Part shown: one piece after another, positions 49,741 to 58,654 of the stretch
How the letters are laid out: each line of letters starts with the position of its first letter
How positions within the stretch are numbered: the stretch's first letter is position 1
Assembly: GCA_015231865.1 (NCBI GenBank)
Contig: JADGAU010000001.1
Location: 44,559-108,558, forward strand
Direction of reading: 5' to 3'
Origin: Gammaproteobacteria bacterium
GTDB taxonomy: Bacteria > Pseudomonadota > Gammaproteobacteria > GRL18
DNA length: 64,000 bases
Made by a program: the position numbers and the translations under genes
The notes under the pieces: model-generated
Told to the model about the DNA's origin: nothing
The model's database searches: none
The model's input: only the letters and a program-made list of their open reading frames with translations

Positions 49741-49755
49741 AGAATGCCGCTATAT

Positions 49756-50772
49756 TTAGTCTTCAAATACACCTTTCTTACCCATCAAACCACGTGGTTT
49801 AACCAGCAAGACTATGACCGCAACCAAATATATGATAATTTGATCAATTCCCGGAAGAATTGATTTAACTTCATTCATTGCAGCAAATGACTGCAAAATA
49901 CCTAACAGAAATCCAGCAAATACTGCTCCTTCAAGAGAGCCCATACCGCCAACAACCACAACAACGAAAGATAAAACAAGAAAGTCCATACCCATATGAT
50001 AATCAGGTGGAAGTATCGGTGCATACATAACGCCAGCTAATCCAGCAACAATTGTTGCAATACCAAAAACGATAGTGAACCGTCTTTCAATATTTATTCC
50101 TAACAATCCGACCATATCTCTATCAGCCATACCAGCCCTTACAACTAATCCAAAAGTTGTATATTTCAAAAAGGCAAATACTGCACCTATTATGGATAAT
50201 GAAAATCCAAGATAAATAAGTCGCCACCAAGGGTAAACAACATTTTCCCCCAACCCAACTAAAGAACCCACTGGAGCACTACCAGAAAATGTTGCCGGTG
50301 CCGGTGTTGGAATTGGGTTAGCACCATAAAAATGGCGTATTATTTCTTGTAACACGATGGCTAAACCAAAGGTTACTAAAATCTGTTCAGCGTGAGTACG
50401 CCTGTAAAAATGACGAATCAGTCCACGCTCCATTGCAATGCCAATCGCAAGCATCAATGGAATTGCTAATAATATCGATATCGGGACCGAGTAATCAATA
50501 ATTGCTGTCCCCGTATCTCCCCACCATATTTCTAAATAGGGTTGCTCTTTAAAAGCATCAAAAAATTTAATACTTTCATCTTTAACTGATTTCGATATTG
50601 TTAATAATTGATGCATCGATACGGCACAAAAGGCACCTAACATAAACAAAGCACCATGTGCAAAGTTAACAACACCCAATGTTCCAAAGACTAAAGTCAG
50701 CCCTAATGCAATTAAAGCATAAGCACCACCTTTATCTAAACCATTTAAAAGTTGGATAATGATTGTATCCAT
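49756..50772 (-). CDS. Branched-chain-amino-acid-type ABC permease (LivH-like)
   Basis: 338 aa polytopic; N-terminus MDTIIIQLLNGLDKGGAYALIALGLTLVFG is typical of LivH. Confidence 0.85.
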   Translation of the reverse strand: MDTIIIQLLNGLDKGGAYALIALGLTLVFGTLGVVNFAHGALFMLGAFCAVSMHQLLTISKSVKDESIKFFDAFKEQPYLEIWWGDTGTAIIDYSVPISILLAIPLMLAIGIAMERGLIRHFYRRTHAEQILVTFGLAIVLQEIIRHFYGANPIPTPAPATFSGSAPVGSLVGLGENVVYPWWRLIYLGFSLSIIGAVFAFLKYTTFGLVVRAGMADRDMVGLLGINIERRFTIVFGIATIVAGLAGVMYAPILPPDYHMGMDFLVLSFVVVVVGGMGSLEGAVFAGFLLGILQSFAAMNEVKSILPGIDQIIIYLVAVIVLLVKPRGLMGKKGVFED

Positions 50773-50784
50773 AATGAAAACCCA

Positions 50785-50899
50785 GTTAAGAAGTGTTAAG
50801 TGTTAAGTGCTAAGTGTTAAGTAAAAAGCCCTAATCATAATGATTAGGGCTTTTCTGACCAAGTGTTTTTCTTAACACTTAGTGCTACCCACTTAACAC
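50785..50899. repeat. Composite palindromic element: tandem GTGTTAAG-like octamers and their inverted copies flanking a perfect hairpin
   Basis: The left arm gttaagaagtgttaagtgttaagtgctaagtgttaagt and right arm cttaacacttagtgctacccacttaacac are reverse-complementary at both ends. Confidence 0.75.
50824..50854 (-). terminator. Intrinsic-terminator-like hairpin (attenuator) between the binding-protein gene and the permease genes
   Basis: aaaagccctaatca / taa / tgattagggctttt. On the minus strand the GC-containing 10-bp stem is followed by TTTTT. Confidence 0.65.
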
Positions 50900-50906
50900 A
50901 CTATTT

Positions 50907-52253
50907 TTATACTACATATGGTCCTAATTCACCACCAAAGATTTTTGCATCATATTCAACTTGCTTACGAGGAACCTGTTGAACAATTTCCAATAAATCA
51001 AACTGGCTAGTAGGCTTCATATTACCTCTCATTACCAAGACATCTTTGAAACACTGGTGATCTTCAGCACGGTATTCAGTTGGGCCATTACCCATACCAT
51101 CGAACTCAAAACCTTCTAAAGTTTTAATAACTTCAGGTGGGTAGAAAGTACCAGCAGTTTCACAAGCATTTGCATAAAGCAAAGTCTGTACATAACATGT
51201 GTGAGCAGCCTGTGATGGTGGGAAACCATATTCCTGACCAAATGACTTAACAAAAGCTTGTGAACCAGCATCTTTAAGTGCCCAGTTCCAGTTTGTTGTA
51301 CCTAAAATACCCTGCAGGTTTTTACCAGCACCTTGAGCCATTAAACGTGAATATAGTGGAACAATAATTTCAAACTGTTTACCATTAACCTGCTTATCTC
51401 TTAAGCCAAACTGAACTGCCTGAGTCAATGAGTTAATCATATCCTTACCATAATGGTTAAGGATTAGTGTATCAGCACCAGAGTTTAAAATAGGCGTAAT
51501 ATACTGTGAAAAGTCACCAGCACCAACTGGAGTCTTAACAGCTTTAAGCGTTTTCCAGCCAAGTGCTTCAGTCGTTTCTTTAATTGACTCTTCCTGAGTC
51601 CAACCCCAAGTGTAGTCAGCTGTTAAATGATATGCATTTCTGTCTGTACCCATTTCTTTCTTAAGAACAGGGCCTAATGCAGCACCAGACATTTTTGCAT
51701 TAAAGAAGTGACGAAAACCATAACGACGCTTATCTTTACCAGTTGTATCATTCGAGTGTGTCAAACCAGCCATAAAGATTATGCCCATTTCCTGAGCTAG
51801 TGACTGAACGGCAATCGCAACACCTGATGAAGAACCACCAGAAATCATTAATGCACCTTCTTTTTCAATCATTCTTTTTGCAGATGAACGAGCGGCATCG
51901 GATTTAGTTTGAGTATCACCGGTTACAAATGTTACTTTCTTACCTAAGACACCATTACCTTTTAAAACTGAAGGCTTCATAGTATTTAACATACCGCCAT
52001 CGCCTTCACCATTTAAGTGTTTTACTGCTAATTTGAATGCACGAAGTTCATCAGCACCTTCGTCTGCATAGGCACCTGTTTGTGGTACATTAAAACCTAA
52101 AACTAAATTTTTTGAATTGCCAGGGTTATTCCTAAAATCAGCCGCCCAAGTATTACGGCTAAAGAACATTGGCGCACCTATCGCCGCAGATGAAGCTACG
52201 CCAGCCTTTAAAACCTGGCGACGTGACCAGTTATTTGTTTTTTTATCAGTCAT
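50907..52253 (-). CDS. Periplasmic substrate-binding protein (Leu/Ile/Val-binding-type fold) with twin-arginine signal
   Basis: SRRQVLKAG Tat motif followed by a hydrophobic stretch and AWA/AD cleavage context; 448 aa. Ligand not assignable. Confidence 0.75.
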   Translation of the reverse strand: MTDKKTNNWSRRQVLKAGVASSAAIGAPMFFSRNTWAADFRNNPGNSKNLVLGFNVPQTGAYADEGADELRAFKLAVKHLNGEGDGGMLNTMKPSVLKGNGVLGKKVTFVTGDTQTKSDAARSSAKRMIEKEGALMISGGSSSGVAIAVQSLAQEMGIIFMAGLTHSNDTTGKDKRRYGFRHFFNAKMSGAALGPVLKKEMGTDRNAYHLTADYTWGWTQEESIKETTEALGWKTLKAVKTPVGAGDFSQYITPILNSGADTLILNHYGKDMINSLTQAVQFGLRDKQVNGKQFEIIVPLYSRLMAQGAGKNLQGILGTTNWNWALKDAGSQAFVKSFGQEYGFPPSQAAHTCYVQTLLYANACETAGTFYPPEVIKTLEGFEFDGMGNGPTEYRAEDHQCFKDVLVMRGNMKPTSQFDLLEIVQQVPRKQVEYDAKIFGGELGPYVV

Positions 52254-52440
52254 TCTTATTTTCCTTAAGCTATATTTTTTGTAGTTTAATTATGGACTAA
52301 AAAACCGGTGTCTTTTAATTTTTCTTATAATCATTAAACACGTCCGCCAACTATATACTCTTGCATCTATAGAACGCCATTAGACTTTAGTCTATAATAG
52401 ATGAATTATAAATTTATTACCCTCAAGTAGCTCGTATTCA

Positions 52441-53100
52441 ATGCCCAAACAAATTGTAGTAGCTGATGATCATCCCTTGTTTCGTTCAGCCATTAGTAGT
52501 TTATTAATCTCACTTCATAAGAATGGTGCTAGCGCTAATGCTAATGATATCAAAGTCGCTGAAGTTGAAGATTTTTCTTCTTTAATTGAATTATTAAAAT
52601 CTTCTCATTCTACTGTAAGTCTTATTCTATTAGATTTAAAACTACCTGACATCAAAGGTATTGAGGGTTTATTGTTCCTTAAGAAAAATTATCCATCATT
52701 ACCTGTTGTTATTGTTTCTGCCTATGACGAAGATAAAATAATTCATAATGCTATGCAATACGGTGCTAGTGGCTTTATACCTAAAAACCTTGAGATGCCT
52801 ATCATTGCAAATGCCATTAGTGATATTTTAGCTGGAAATGTCTGGTATCCACAAATCAGTACCAGTGATAGCCATATTACAAATGATTTTAAGGAGCTCA
52901 CCTGTACCCAATTAAAGGTATTATCTTTATTAAAAGAAGGCTTGCTGAATAAAGAAATGGCCTCTTCTATGAATGTCACTGAAGCAACTATTAAGGCTCA
53001 TTTAACAGAAATATTTCGTAAACTAAATGTCAGCAATAGAACTCAAGCCGTTCTTTTAGCGAAAGAATTAGACCTGCCTGATTCTAATTTAGAACATTAA
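52441..53100 (+). CDS. LuxR/NarL-family response regulator (CrbR/ErdR-like)
   Basis: REC: VVADDHPLF...LLDLKLPD. C-terminal LuxR HTH: LNKEMASSMNVTEATIKAHLTEIFRKLNVSNRTQAV. Confidence 0.85.
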   Translation: MPKQIVVADDHPLFRSAISSLLISLHKNGASANANDIKVAEVEDFSSLIELLKSSHSTVSLILLDLKLPDIKGIEGLLFLKKNYPSLPVVIVSAYDEDKIIHNAMQYGASGFIPKNLEMPIIANAISDILAGNVWYPQISTSDSHITNDFKELTCTQLKVLSLLKEGLLNKEMASSMNVTEATIKAHLTEIFRKLNVSNRTQAVLLAKELDLPDSNLEH

Positions 53101-53302
53101 CTTATTTTAAACTAGTCAAATTTTCTGTCCTTTCTTTAGAAATCATCCTAAACTAGCGTTATACTCTAAAATACTTAGGCCCTAGTATACTGATACTGCT
53201 TAATGATCAATCATATGCATTCGTTTAACAGAAATACTGCTTGATAAGTATATTAGAATATATTAATATGTGTTTTTAAAATTACAACCTAGGATTGCTT
53301 AA

Positions 53303-54112
53303 ATGATATTCATCAAACAGGGAATTTATGTCTTATTAATGATGCTCAGCTTATTGTTAAGCATGTCTGGTTTCGCTCAACCTTACCCATACTGGCAAGC
53401 ACCCGGGGCATACCCAGTTAATAATTATCAGGCGCACCCTTATAATGTGCCTCAAAGCTATGCTAACCAAGGCTTCTCGCCATATTCATATAATAGAATG
53501 GTGAATCCAAGGCTTATGGCTCCAAGGCCAACACCTTACCCAGCATATAATCCTGGCTATAATTATAATCGTCCATATACTCCAGTAGCACCTATGCAAG
53601 CTAGAGGTCCAATTACTGGCCCAGTTGGGCCTATTGGGCCACTTGTTCCACCTGCATATCCATATGCTAGAAACAATCCTTATGCTAATCGCAATAATAG
53701 ATTCCCAATGAATCCATTTAATAACCGTTCATTCTCTGGAAAATCATTCCCTGGTAAAAATAGTTTCTTTAGTGACCATGGAATGCCATATGAACGCCGA
53801 TTTTATGAACGAGGTCCTTTTGATAAAGATAGTTGGACTAAAGATGAAGATGATGGCCAGTTTGGTATCTTTGATATTATCCCATCAAACAAATTTGGTG
53901 AGTACTGGGATGGTTTCATAGATGGTCCAAATGATTCAGGTGATATCCCTGGTTCGCCAATAAAATGGCCGCAAATATTAATGCCTGACCCATTTGATGT
54001 TAGTGAACAGCTTGAAGATGCTGCTTATGAAACACCGTCTATACCACTATACGGTACTTATGGTACAACCGGTAACACTTCTGGCAGTGATGACGAGTAT
54101 GATGATGATTAA
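53303..54112 (+). CDS. Secreted Pro/Tyr/Asn-rich low-complexity protein with acidic tail
   Basis: Signal peptide ending GFA/QP; about 150 aa of P/Y/N/A-rich sequence; globular-looking segment; C-terminal SGSDDEYDDD. AGGA 8 nt upstream of the ATG. Confidence 0.55.
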   Translation: MIFIKQGIYVLLMMLSLLLSMSGFAQPYPYWQAPGAYPVNNYQAHPYNVPQSYANQGFSPYSYNRMVNPRLMAPRPTPYPAYNPGYNYNRPYTPVAPMQARGPITGPVGPIGPLVPPAYPYARNNPYANRNNRFPMNPFNNRSFSGKSFPGKNSFFSDHGMPYERRFYERGPFDKDSWTKDEDDGQFGIFDIIPSNKFGEYWDGFIDGPNDSGDIPGSPIKWPQILMPDPFDVSEQLEDAAYETPSIPLYGTYGTTGNTSGSDDEYDDD

Positions 54113-57100
54113 ATCATAGCTGATTGCAATAAACTTCTTAGTTTAGCAGGCTCAACAGGCTTAGGTAAAAATTTAAAACCATTGTTGTTGACCTGCTCCT
54201 CTAATTGCTGACTATATTCTGCTGTCACCAAAACACCAACAAAGGGCTGTTTACATTTTTTACGACAGAGCTTTAATAAGTCTAAACCATTCAAATCCTC
54301 TCTATCTAATTGATAGTCCATAAGAACAATATCAAAACTTTGTGTTAATTTTGTCATTTTTTCATAATCATCAATTTTATTAATACCGGTTACTTGTGCG
54401 CCCCATTTATTTAACAAGGCTTCACTTGCCTGTAAAATATCCTGATCATCATCGACACATAATATTTTTTTATTTATTAACCACTGCTTAGTGTTATTTA
54501 CTACATTCATTGTATTAGCACTAATCATAGGATTACTTTCCTCGTATATTTTAGGTAACACTAATTTAAAGGTTGTTCCTTGACCTATATTAGAACGTAA
54601 ACTTATTTCATGGTTTAATAATTCTGAAGCCTGACGGCAGATAGCCAGGCCTAAGCCAGCACCTTGTTTATTTTTTTTCTCTAATTGTTTAAATGGCTGA
54701 AATATATCTTCCTGCTTTTCTTCAGGTATTCCCGCACCTGAGTCTCTTACCTCAATCGCACACTCATTTTTATTTACCCATCGACAAGCGACAATCACCT
54801 TACCATTTTGAGTATAGCGAATCGCATTAGAAACTAAGTTTTGTAAAATACTAAGTAATAAAGTTCTATCGCTTCTAGTTTTTTTATCATCCGTATATAT
54901 AATTTTTAATTGAATATTTTTGCGTTTTGCTATGACTAAAAACTCATTTTGAATTTCTCTTAATATTTCATTAATAGAAATATTTCTTAATTCCGGGATT
55001 AAAACACCAGAATCAAGCTTTGATAAATTTAATAAAGATTTTAATAAAGATTCTGCTGTATTTAAGGCGTTTAAGGAATTTTGAGCTAATTTCTGCTTAT
55101 CAGGCTCATCTGTTAATTCTTCTAAAAGTGTTCCTAAGTAAAGTTTTGACGCACTTAAAGGCTGAGCTAAATCATGGCTGGCAGCTGCCAGGAAATGTGT
55201 TTTATTATTAATCACATCTTCTAACTGTTGATTAACCTCTGATAACTTTTCGGTCCTTTCTATGACTTTTGCTTCTAAAGTTTCATTAATCGCTGCTAAT
55301 CTTTTCTCTACCTGCTTTAAAGGTGTAATATCTGTATAAGTGGTTATATAACCGCCATCAGGTAAACGTGCACCTTGTGTTTGAATAATACGGCCATCCT
55401 GCCACTCTCTGGAAAAAGTAAAGTGTTTTCCATAACGTAAAAATTCAAGACGCCTTTCTATTTGAGTTTCCAGACCATCAACCAGTACAGGACCATAACC
55501 TCTCTTTAAATTAAACCGAATAACTTCATCAACGGGTTTACCTGCTCGAACAAAATCTGGATCTAAATTAAATAATTCAAGATACTGTCTATTCCAAACT
55601 ACCAGACGTAAATCCGCATCAACCACACTAACTGCCTGTCCAATATGATCAAAAGTCACTTTCAGGATTTCACGATTAAATTCAATTGCCTGCCCGGTTT
55701 GATCAATAAACCCATATAAATTCTGTTCTGGAAGTGCCGCAGATCGAATCAAATGTTCCGCAGAAGAGAGGCCAATACTACTGGCTAATAAACGTTCAGT
55801 TAACTCCATAAAATTATCATCTGCAACCTGATGCTTAATTTTATCTGTATCACAGCCCTGTTCCAGAAAGTATTCTTTAGTTCGCTCTTCACCGGTAAAG
55901 CGTGTGCATAACTCAAGTAAATCAGAAACTTTAATATGAAACTTACCTTGAGGTAAGGTCATTTCCCGAGTTTGATCAATATATGAAGCTGCTTGAAGTC
56001 TATCAACCAAACTAGGATTATATTTTAAGGAAAAATAAATAAAGCTCAAAATATTGAAAAATAAACTCCAGAAAACAGCATGGGTTAAGGCATCATTAAA
56101 ATGTATTCCAAACAATTGATTCGGATTCCAAAACGAATTTTTATCTGCTAATAAATCTATAAATATCGTTGGCATCCAGGAAGAATGGACTAAAGACGGT
56201 AAAAATAAACAATAAAACCATACCAATAAACCAAGCACCAGACCGACAAATACGCCTTGTTTATTCGCTCTATGCCAATACACTGAAGCCAAAATAGAAG
56301 GCAATAACTGAATTGCAATGGCAAATGATACTAAGCCAATACTTTGTAAAGACTTATCTGTTCCACCAACATAATAATAACCATAGGCTAACAAGACGAT
56401 AGCCAGTATTGTTAAGCGTCTGACTATTAATAAAATTTGATGGGTATTGCCCTGATAGAAACGAACTAAAATTGGAAAAATCAGTTCATTTGAGACCATT
56501 GTGCTTAAAGCAATCGTGGCAACAATGACCATCCCGGTAGCCGCAGAAAAACCACCTAAAAAACTAAGGATAGACAAAACGCTATGATCTGTAACCATTG
56601 GAATTAATAAAACATATAAATCAGGATTTTTATGCTCATCAATAATTAATAAGCCTGCTGCTACAATTGGTACTACAGCCAGACTAAAAAGCATTAAATA
56701 CAGAGGCAAACCCCAACGAGACAAGTCTTCACCACCTCGCGCTTCTACCACTAAAACATGAAATTGTCTGGGTAGAAGAATAATTGCTCCGGCAGCAAGA
56801 AACGTTTTGGTCAATAAATCGGTCGAAAATTCGAAAGATTCAAAAGGTTGTACTAACAATTGAATCGTACTTATATTATTCTGTGCCTGCGCTGCCTGAT
56901 TGACTACAATATCAAAAGCCAGTACTGCAATTGCTAAAAAGGCAAACAATTTAATAATCGATTCAAAACTAATTGCATGAATCAAGCCCCTATGATGTTG
57001 TGAAGCATCAATAGTCCGAGCACCAAATAAAATTGAAAAAATGGCAAGTATAATCGACAAGACAAAAGCCGTATCAAAAAATGCAACACCTGTCAGATTA

Positions 57101-57549
57101 GCCGAGTTGCCTGTTAAGGTATCATAAGTATTTGCTATTGCTTTGATTTGTAAAGCAATGTAGGGCATCGTCCCCATTAAAGCAATAATGGTAACGATTG
57201 CTGATAGTCGCTTGCTTTTACCATATCGTGTGGCAATAAAATCAGCGATTGATGTCGTTTTATGACGTTTAGCTGCGGCAATGATTTTTTTAATAAAAGG
57301 AAAAAAGAAAATAAAAACTAAAATTGGACCCAGATAAATCGTAAAAAAACTTAAACCGGATTGTGCCGCATTGCCAACTGCTCCATAAAATGTCCAGGAA
57401 GTACAATAAACAGTTAAAGACAAAACATAAATGACAGGATATAATTGAGACACTCTACTATCTTTATTACGCTCACATCGGTAGGCAATATAAAACAAAA
57501 TAGACAGGTAAATTGCTGTAACAGCAACAACAATTGCAGAATCAATCAA
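54109..57549 (-). CDS. Hybrid sensor kinase with N-terminal sodium:solute-symporter (SLC5) domain, STAC-like linker, PAS, HisKA/HATPase and receiver (CrbS/MxtR/CbrA-type)
   Basis: About 13 TM helices; H-box AASHDLAQPL; GAGLGLAICRQ; REC ILCVDDDQDIL...VLMDYQLD...LPKP; 1146 aa. Confidence 0.85.
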   Translation of the reverse strand: MIDSAIVVAVTAIYLSILFYIAYRCERNKDSRVSQLYPVIYVLSLTVYCTSWTFYGAVGNAAQSGLSFFTIYLGPILVFIFFFPFIKKIIAAAKRHKTTSIADFIATRYGKSKRLSAIVTIIALMGTMPYIALQIKAIANTYDTLTGNSANLTGVAFFDTAFVLSIILAIFSILFGARTIDASQHHRGLIHAISFESIIKLFAFLAIAVLAFDIVVNQAAQAQNNISTIQLLVQPFESFEFSTDLLTKTFLAAGAIILLPRQFHVLVVEARGGEDLSRWGLPLYLMLFSLAVVPIVAAGLLIIDEHKNPDLYVLLIPMVTDHSVLSILSFLGGFSAATGMVIVATIALSTMVSNELIFPILVRFYQGNTHQILLIVRRLTILAIVLLAYGYYYVGGTDKSLQSIGLVSFAIAIQLLPSILASVYWHRANKQGVFVGLVLGLLVWFYCLFLPSLVHSSWMPTIFIDLLADKNSFWNPNQLFGIHFNDALTHAVFWSLFFNILSFIYFSLKYNPSLVDRLQAASYIDQTREMTLPQGKFHIKVSDLLELCTRFTGEERTKEYFLEQGCDTDKIKHQVADDNFMELTERLLASSIGLSSAEHLIRSAALPEQNLYGFIDQTGQAIEFNREILKVTFDHIGQAVSVVDADLRLVVWNRQYLELFNLDPDFVRAGKPVDEVIRFNLKRGYGPVLVDGLETQIERRLEFLRYGKHFTFSREWQDGRIIQTQGARLPDGGYITTYTDITPLKQVEKRLAAINETLEAKVIERTEKLSEVNQQLEDVINNKTHFLAAASHDLAQPLSASKLYLGTLLEELTDEPDKQKLAQNSLNALNTAESLLKSLLNLSKLDSGVLIPELRNISINEILREIQNEFLVIAKRKNIQLKIIYTDDKKTRSDRTLLLSILQNLVSNAIRYTQNGKVIVACRWVNKNECAIEVRDSGAGIPEEKQEDIFQPFKQLEKKNKQGAGLGLAICRQASELLNHEISLRSNIGQGTTFKLVLPKIYEESNPMISANTMNVVNNTKQWLINKKILCVDDDQDILQASEALLNKWGAQVTGINKIDDYEKMTKLTQSFDIVLMDYQLDREDLNGLDLLKLCRKKCKQPFVGVLVTAEYSQQLEEQVNNNGFKFLPKPVEPAKLRSLLQSAMI

Positions 57550-57712
57550 TAATCTCTCTCCATAAAATTTTCTTCATTGAGCATAGATGAACTATGTAAT
57601 TGAAGCAATAACAAAAAGTAACTAAGTCTGCATTTTCAAAGATTAGTGGTATATACTAAGGCTCGTTGACAACAGGCCCTAGAACCTTAATTGTAGTTAT
57701 ACCAAACTCTAC

Positions 57713-58651
57713 ATGAATAGAATCAATCAATATATTGCCAGAAAAATAAAACCCGTTGAAACGATGACTTTAACGCATCGTAAAATTTATATTTTACCAA
57801 CAAAAGAAGGTTATTATTTTGCCCTCACCATTATTTTAATGGTGTTAGCAGCGATCAATTTTTCAAACAATCTAATTTATTTATTTACTTTTTTTCTTAT
57901 TGCTATTGCTTTGTTGTCTATGTTTTATACTCAGTTTAACTTACTGGGCGTCAAAATTCATAGCCAACATGCAACACCTGTTTTTTGTGGCGAAGACATG
58001 AATGTACCGATTGTTATTCAGCAAACTTTACAAAAACATAAGCAATCGATGGCAGTTCAAATTAAAATCAATGATTTTAGCCATCAAATAAATTATGTTG
58101 ATTCTGCCCATTTACACTTTTTTCAACTTAAAACAACTCAACGAGGCTATCTAGACATTCCAATGGTTACCATATCCTCGACCTTTCCATTTGGCTTATT
58201 TCGTGCCTGGTCCTTAGTCAAACTTGAATCAAAAAACCTGGTTTATCCTCAGCCTCTAAACTACGATTCAGACTTAATGGGACAATCAAATAGTCAATCT
58301 CAAAGAGAGGGCACACAAAAAGGGGATGATGAATTTTTCGGTCTATCACAATATATTCAAGGTAGCTCGTTAAAAAAAGTTCATTGGAAAATGGTCGCTA
58401 AAGAGCAGGGGATGTATTTAAAAGATTTTGTTGAAGGAGGGCGAGCTTTAAAACAATGGTTTGATATTCGTGACTTCCCCGGGCACATTCCATTTGAAAA
58501 AAAACTAAATTTTCTTTGCTACTTAATTCAACAAGCGAATCTGCAATCGATGACTTATGGCTTAAAACTGTATCATGATCAAACCGTGTTAGGCACTGGT
58601 CAGTTGCATTATCAGCATTGCCTTTCATTGTTGGCCTTGGTTGAAACATAG
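57713..58651 (+). CDS. DUF58 domain protein (MoxR-system partner)
   Basis: Two N-terminal TM helices; FFGLSQYIQGSSLKKVHWKMVAKEQGMYLKDF matches the DUF58 core pattern. Confidence 0.8.
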   Translation: MNRINQYIARKIKPVETMTLTHRKIYILPTKEGYYFALTIILMVLAAINFSNNLIYLFTFFLIAIALLSMFYTQFNLLGVKIHSQHATPVFCGEDMNVPIVIQQTLQKHKQSMAVQIKINDFSHQINYVDSAHLHFFQLKTTQRGYLDIPMVTISSTFPFGLFRAWSLVKLESKNLVYPQPLNYDSDLMGQSNSQSQREGTQKGDDEFFGLSQYIQGSSLKKVHWKMVAKEQGMYLKDFVEGGRALKQWFDIRDFPGHIPFEKKLNFLCYLIQQANLQSMTYGLKLYHDQTVLGTGQLHYQHCLSLLALVET

Positions 58652-58654
58652 ATA

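Noticed and set aside
50785-50822. Tandem short repeats considered as a mini CRISPR-like array
   Set aside because: The units are only 7-8 nt with no spacers, and they form part of a palindrome around a hairpin. This is not CRISPR architecture, and no cas genes are present.
46915-52253. Calling the ABC system a urea (Urt) transporter
   Set aside because: The five-gene layout and Tat-type signal are compatible. However, the binding protein lacks the UrtA N-terminal pattern I remember, and no urease or amidase genes are nearby. I left it as a generic Liv-type system.
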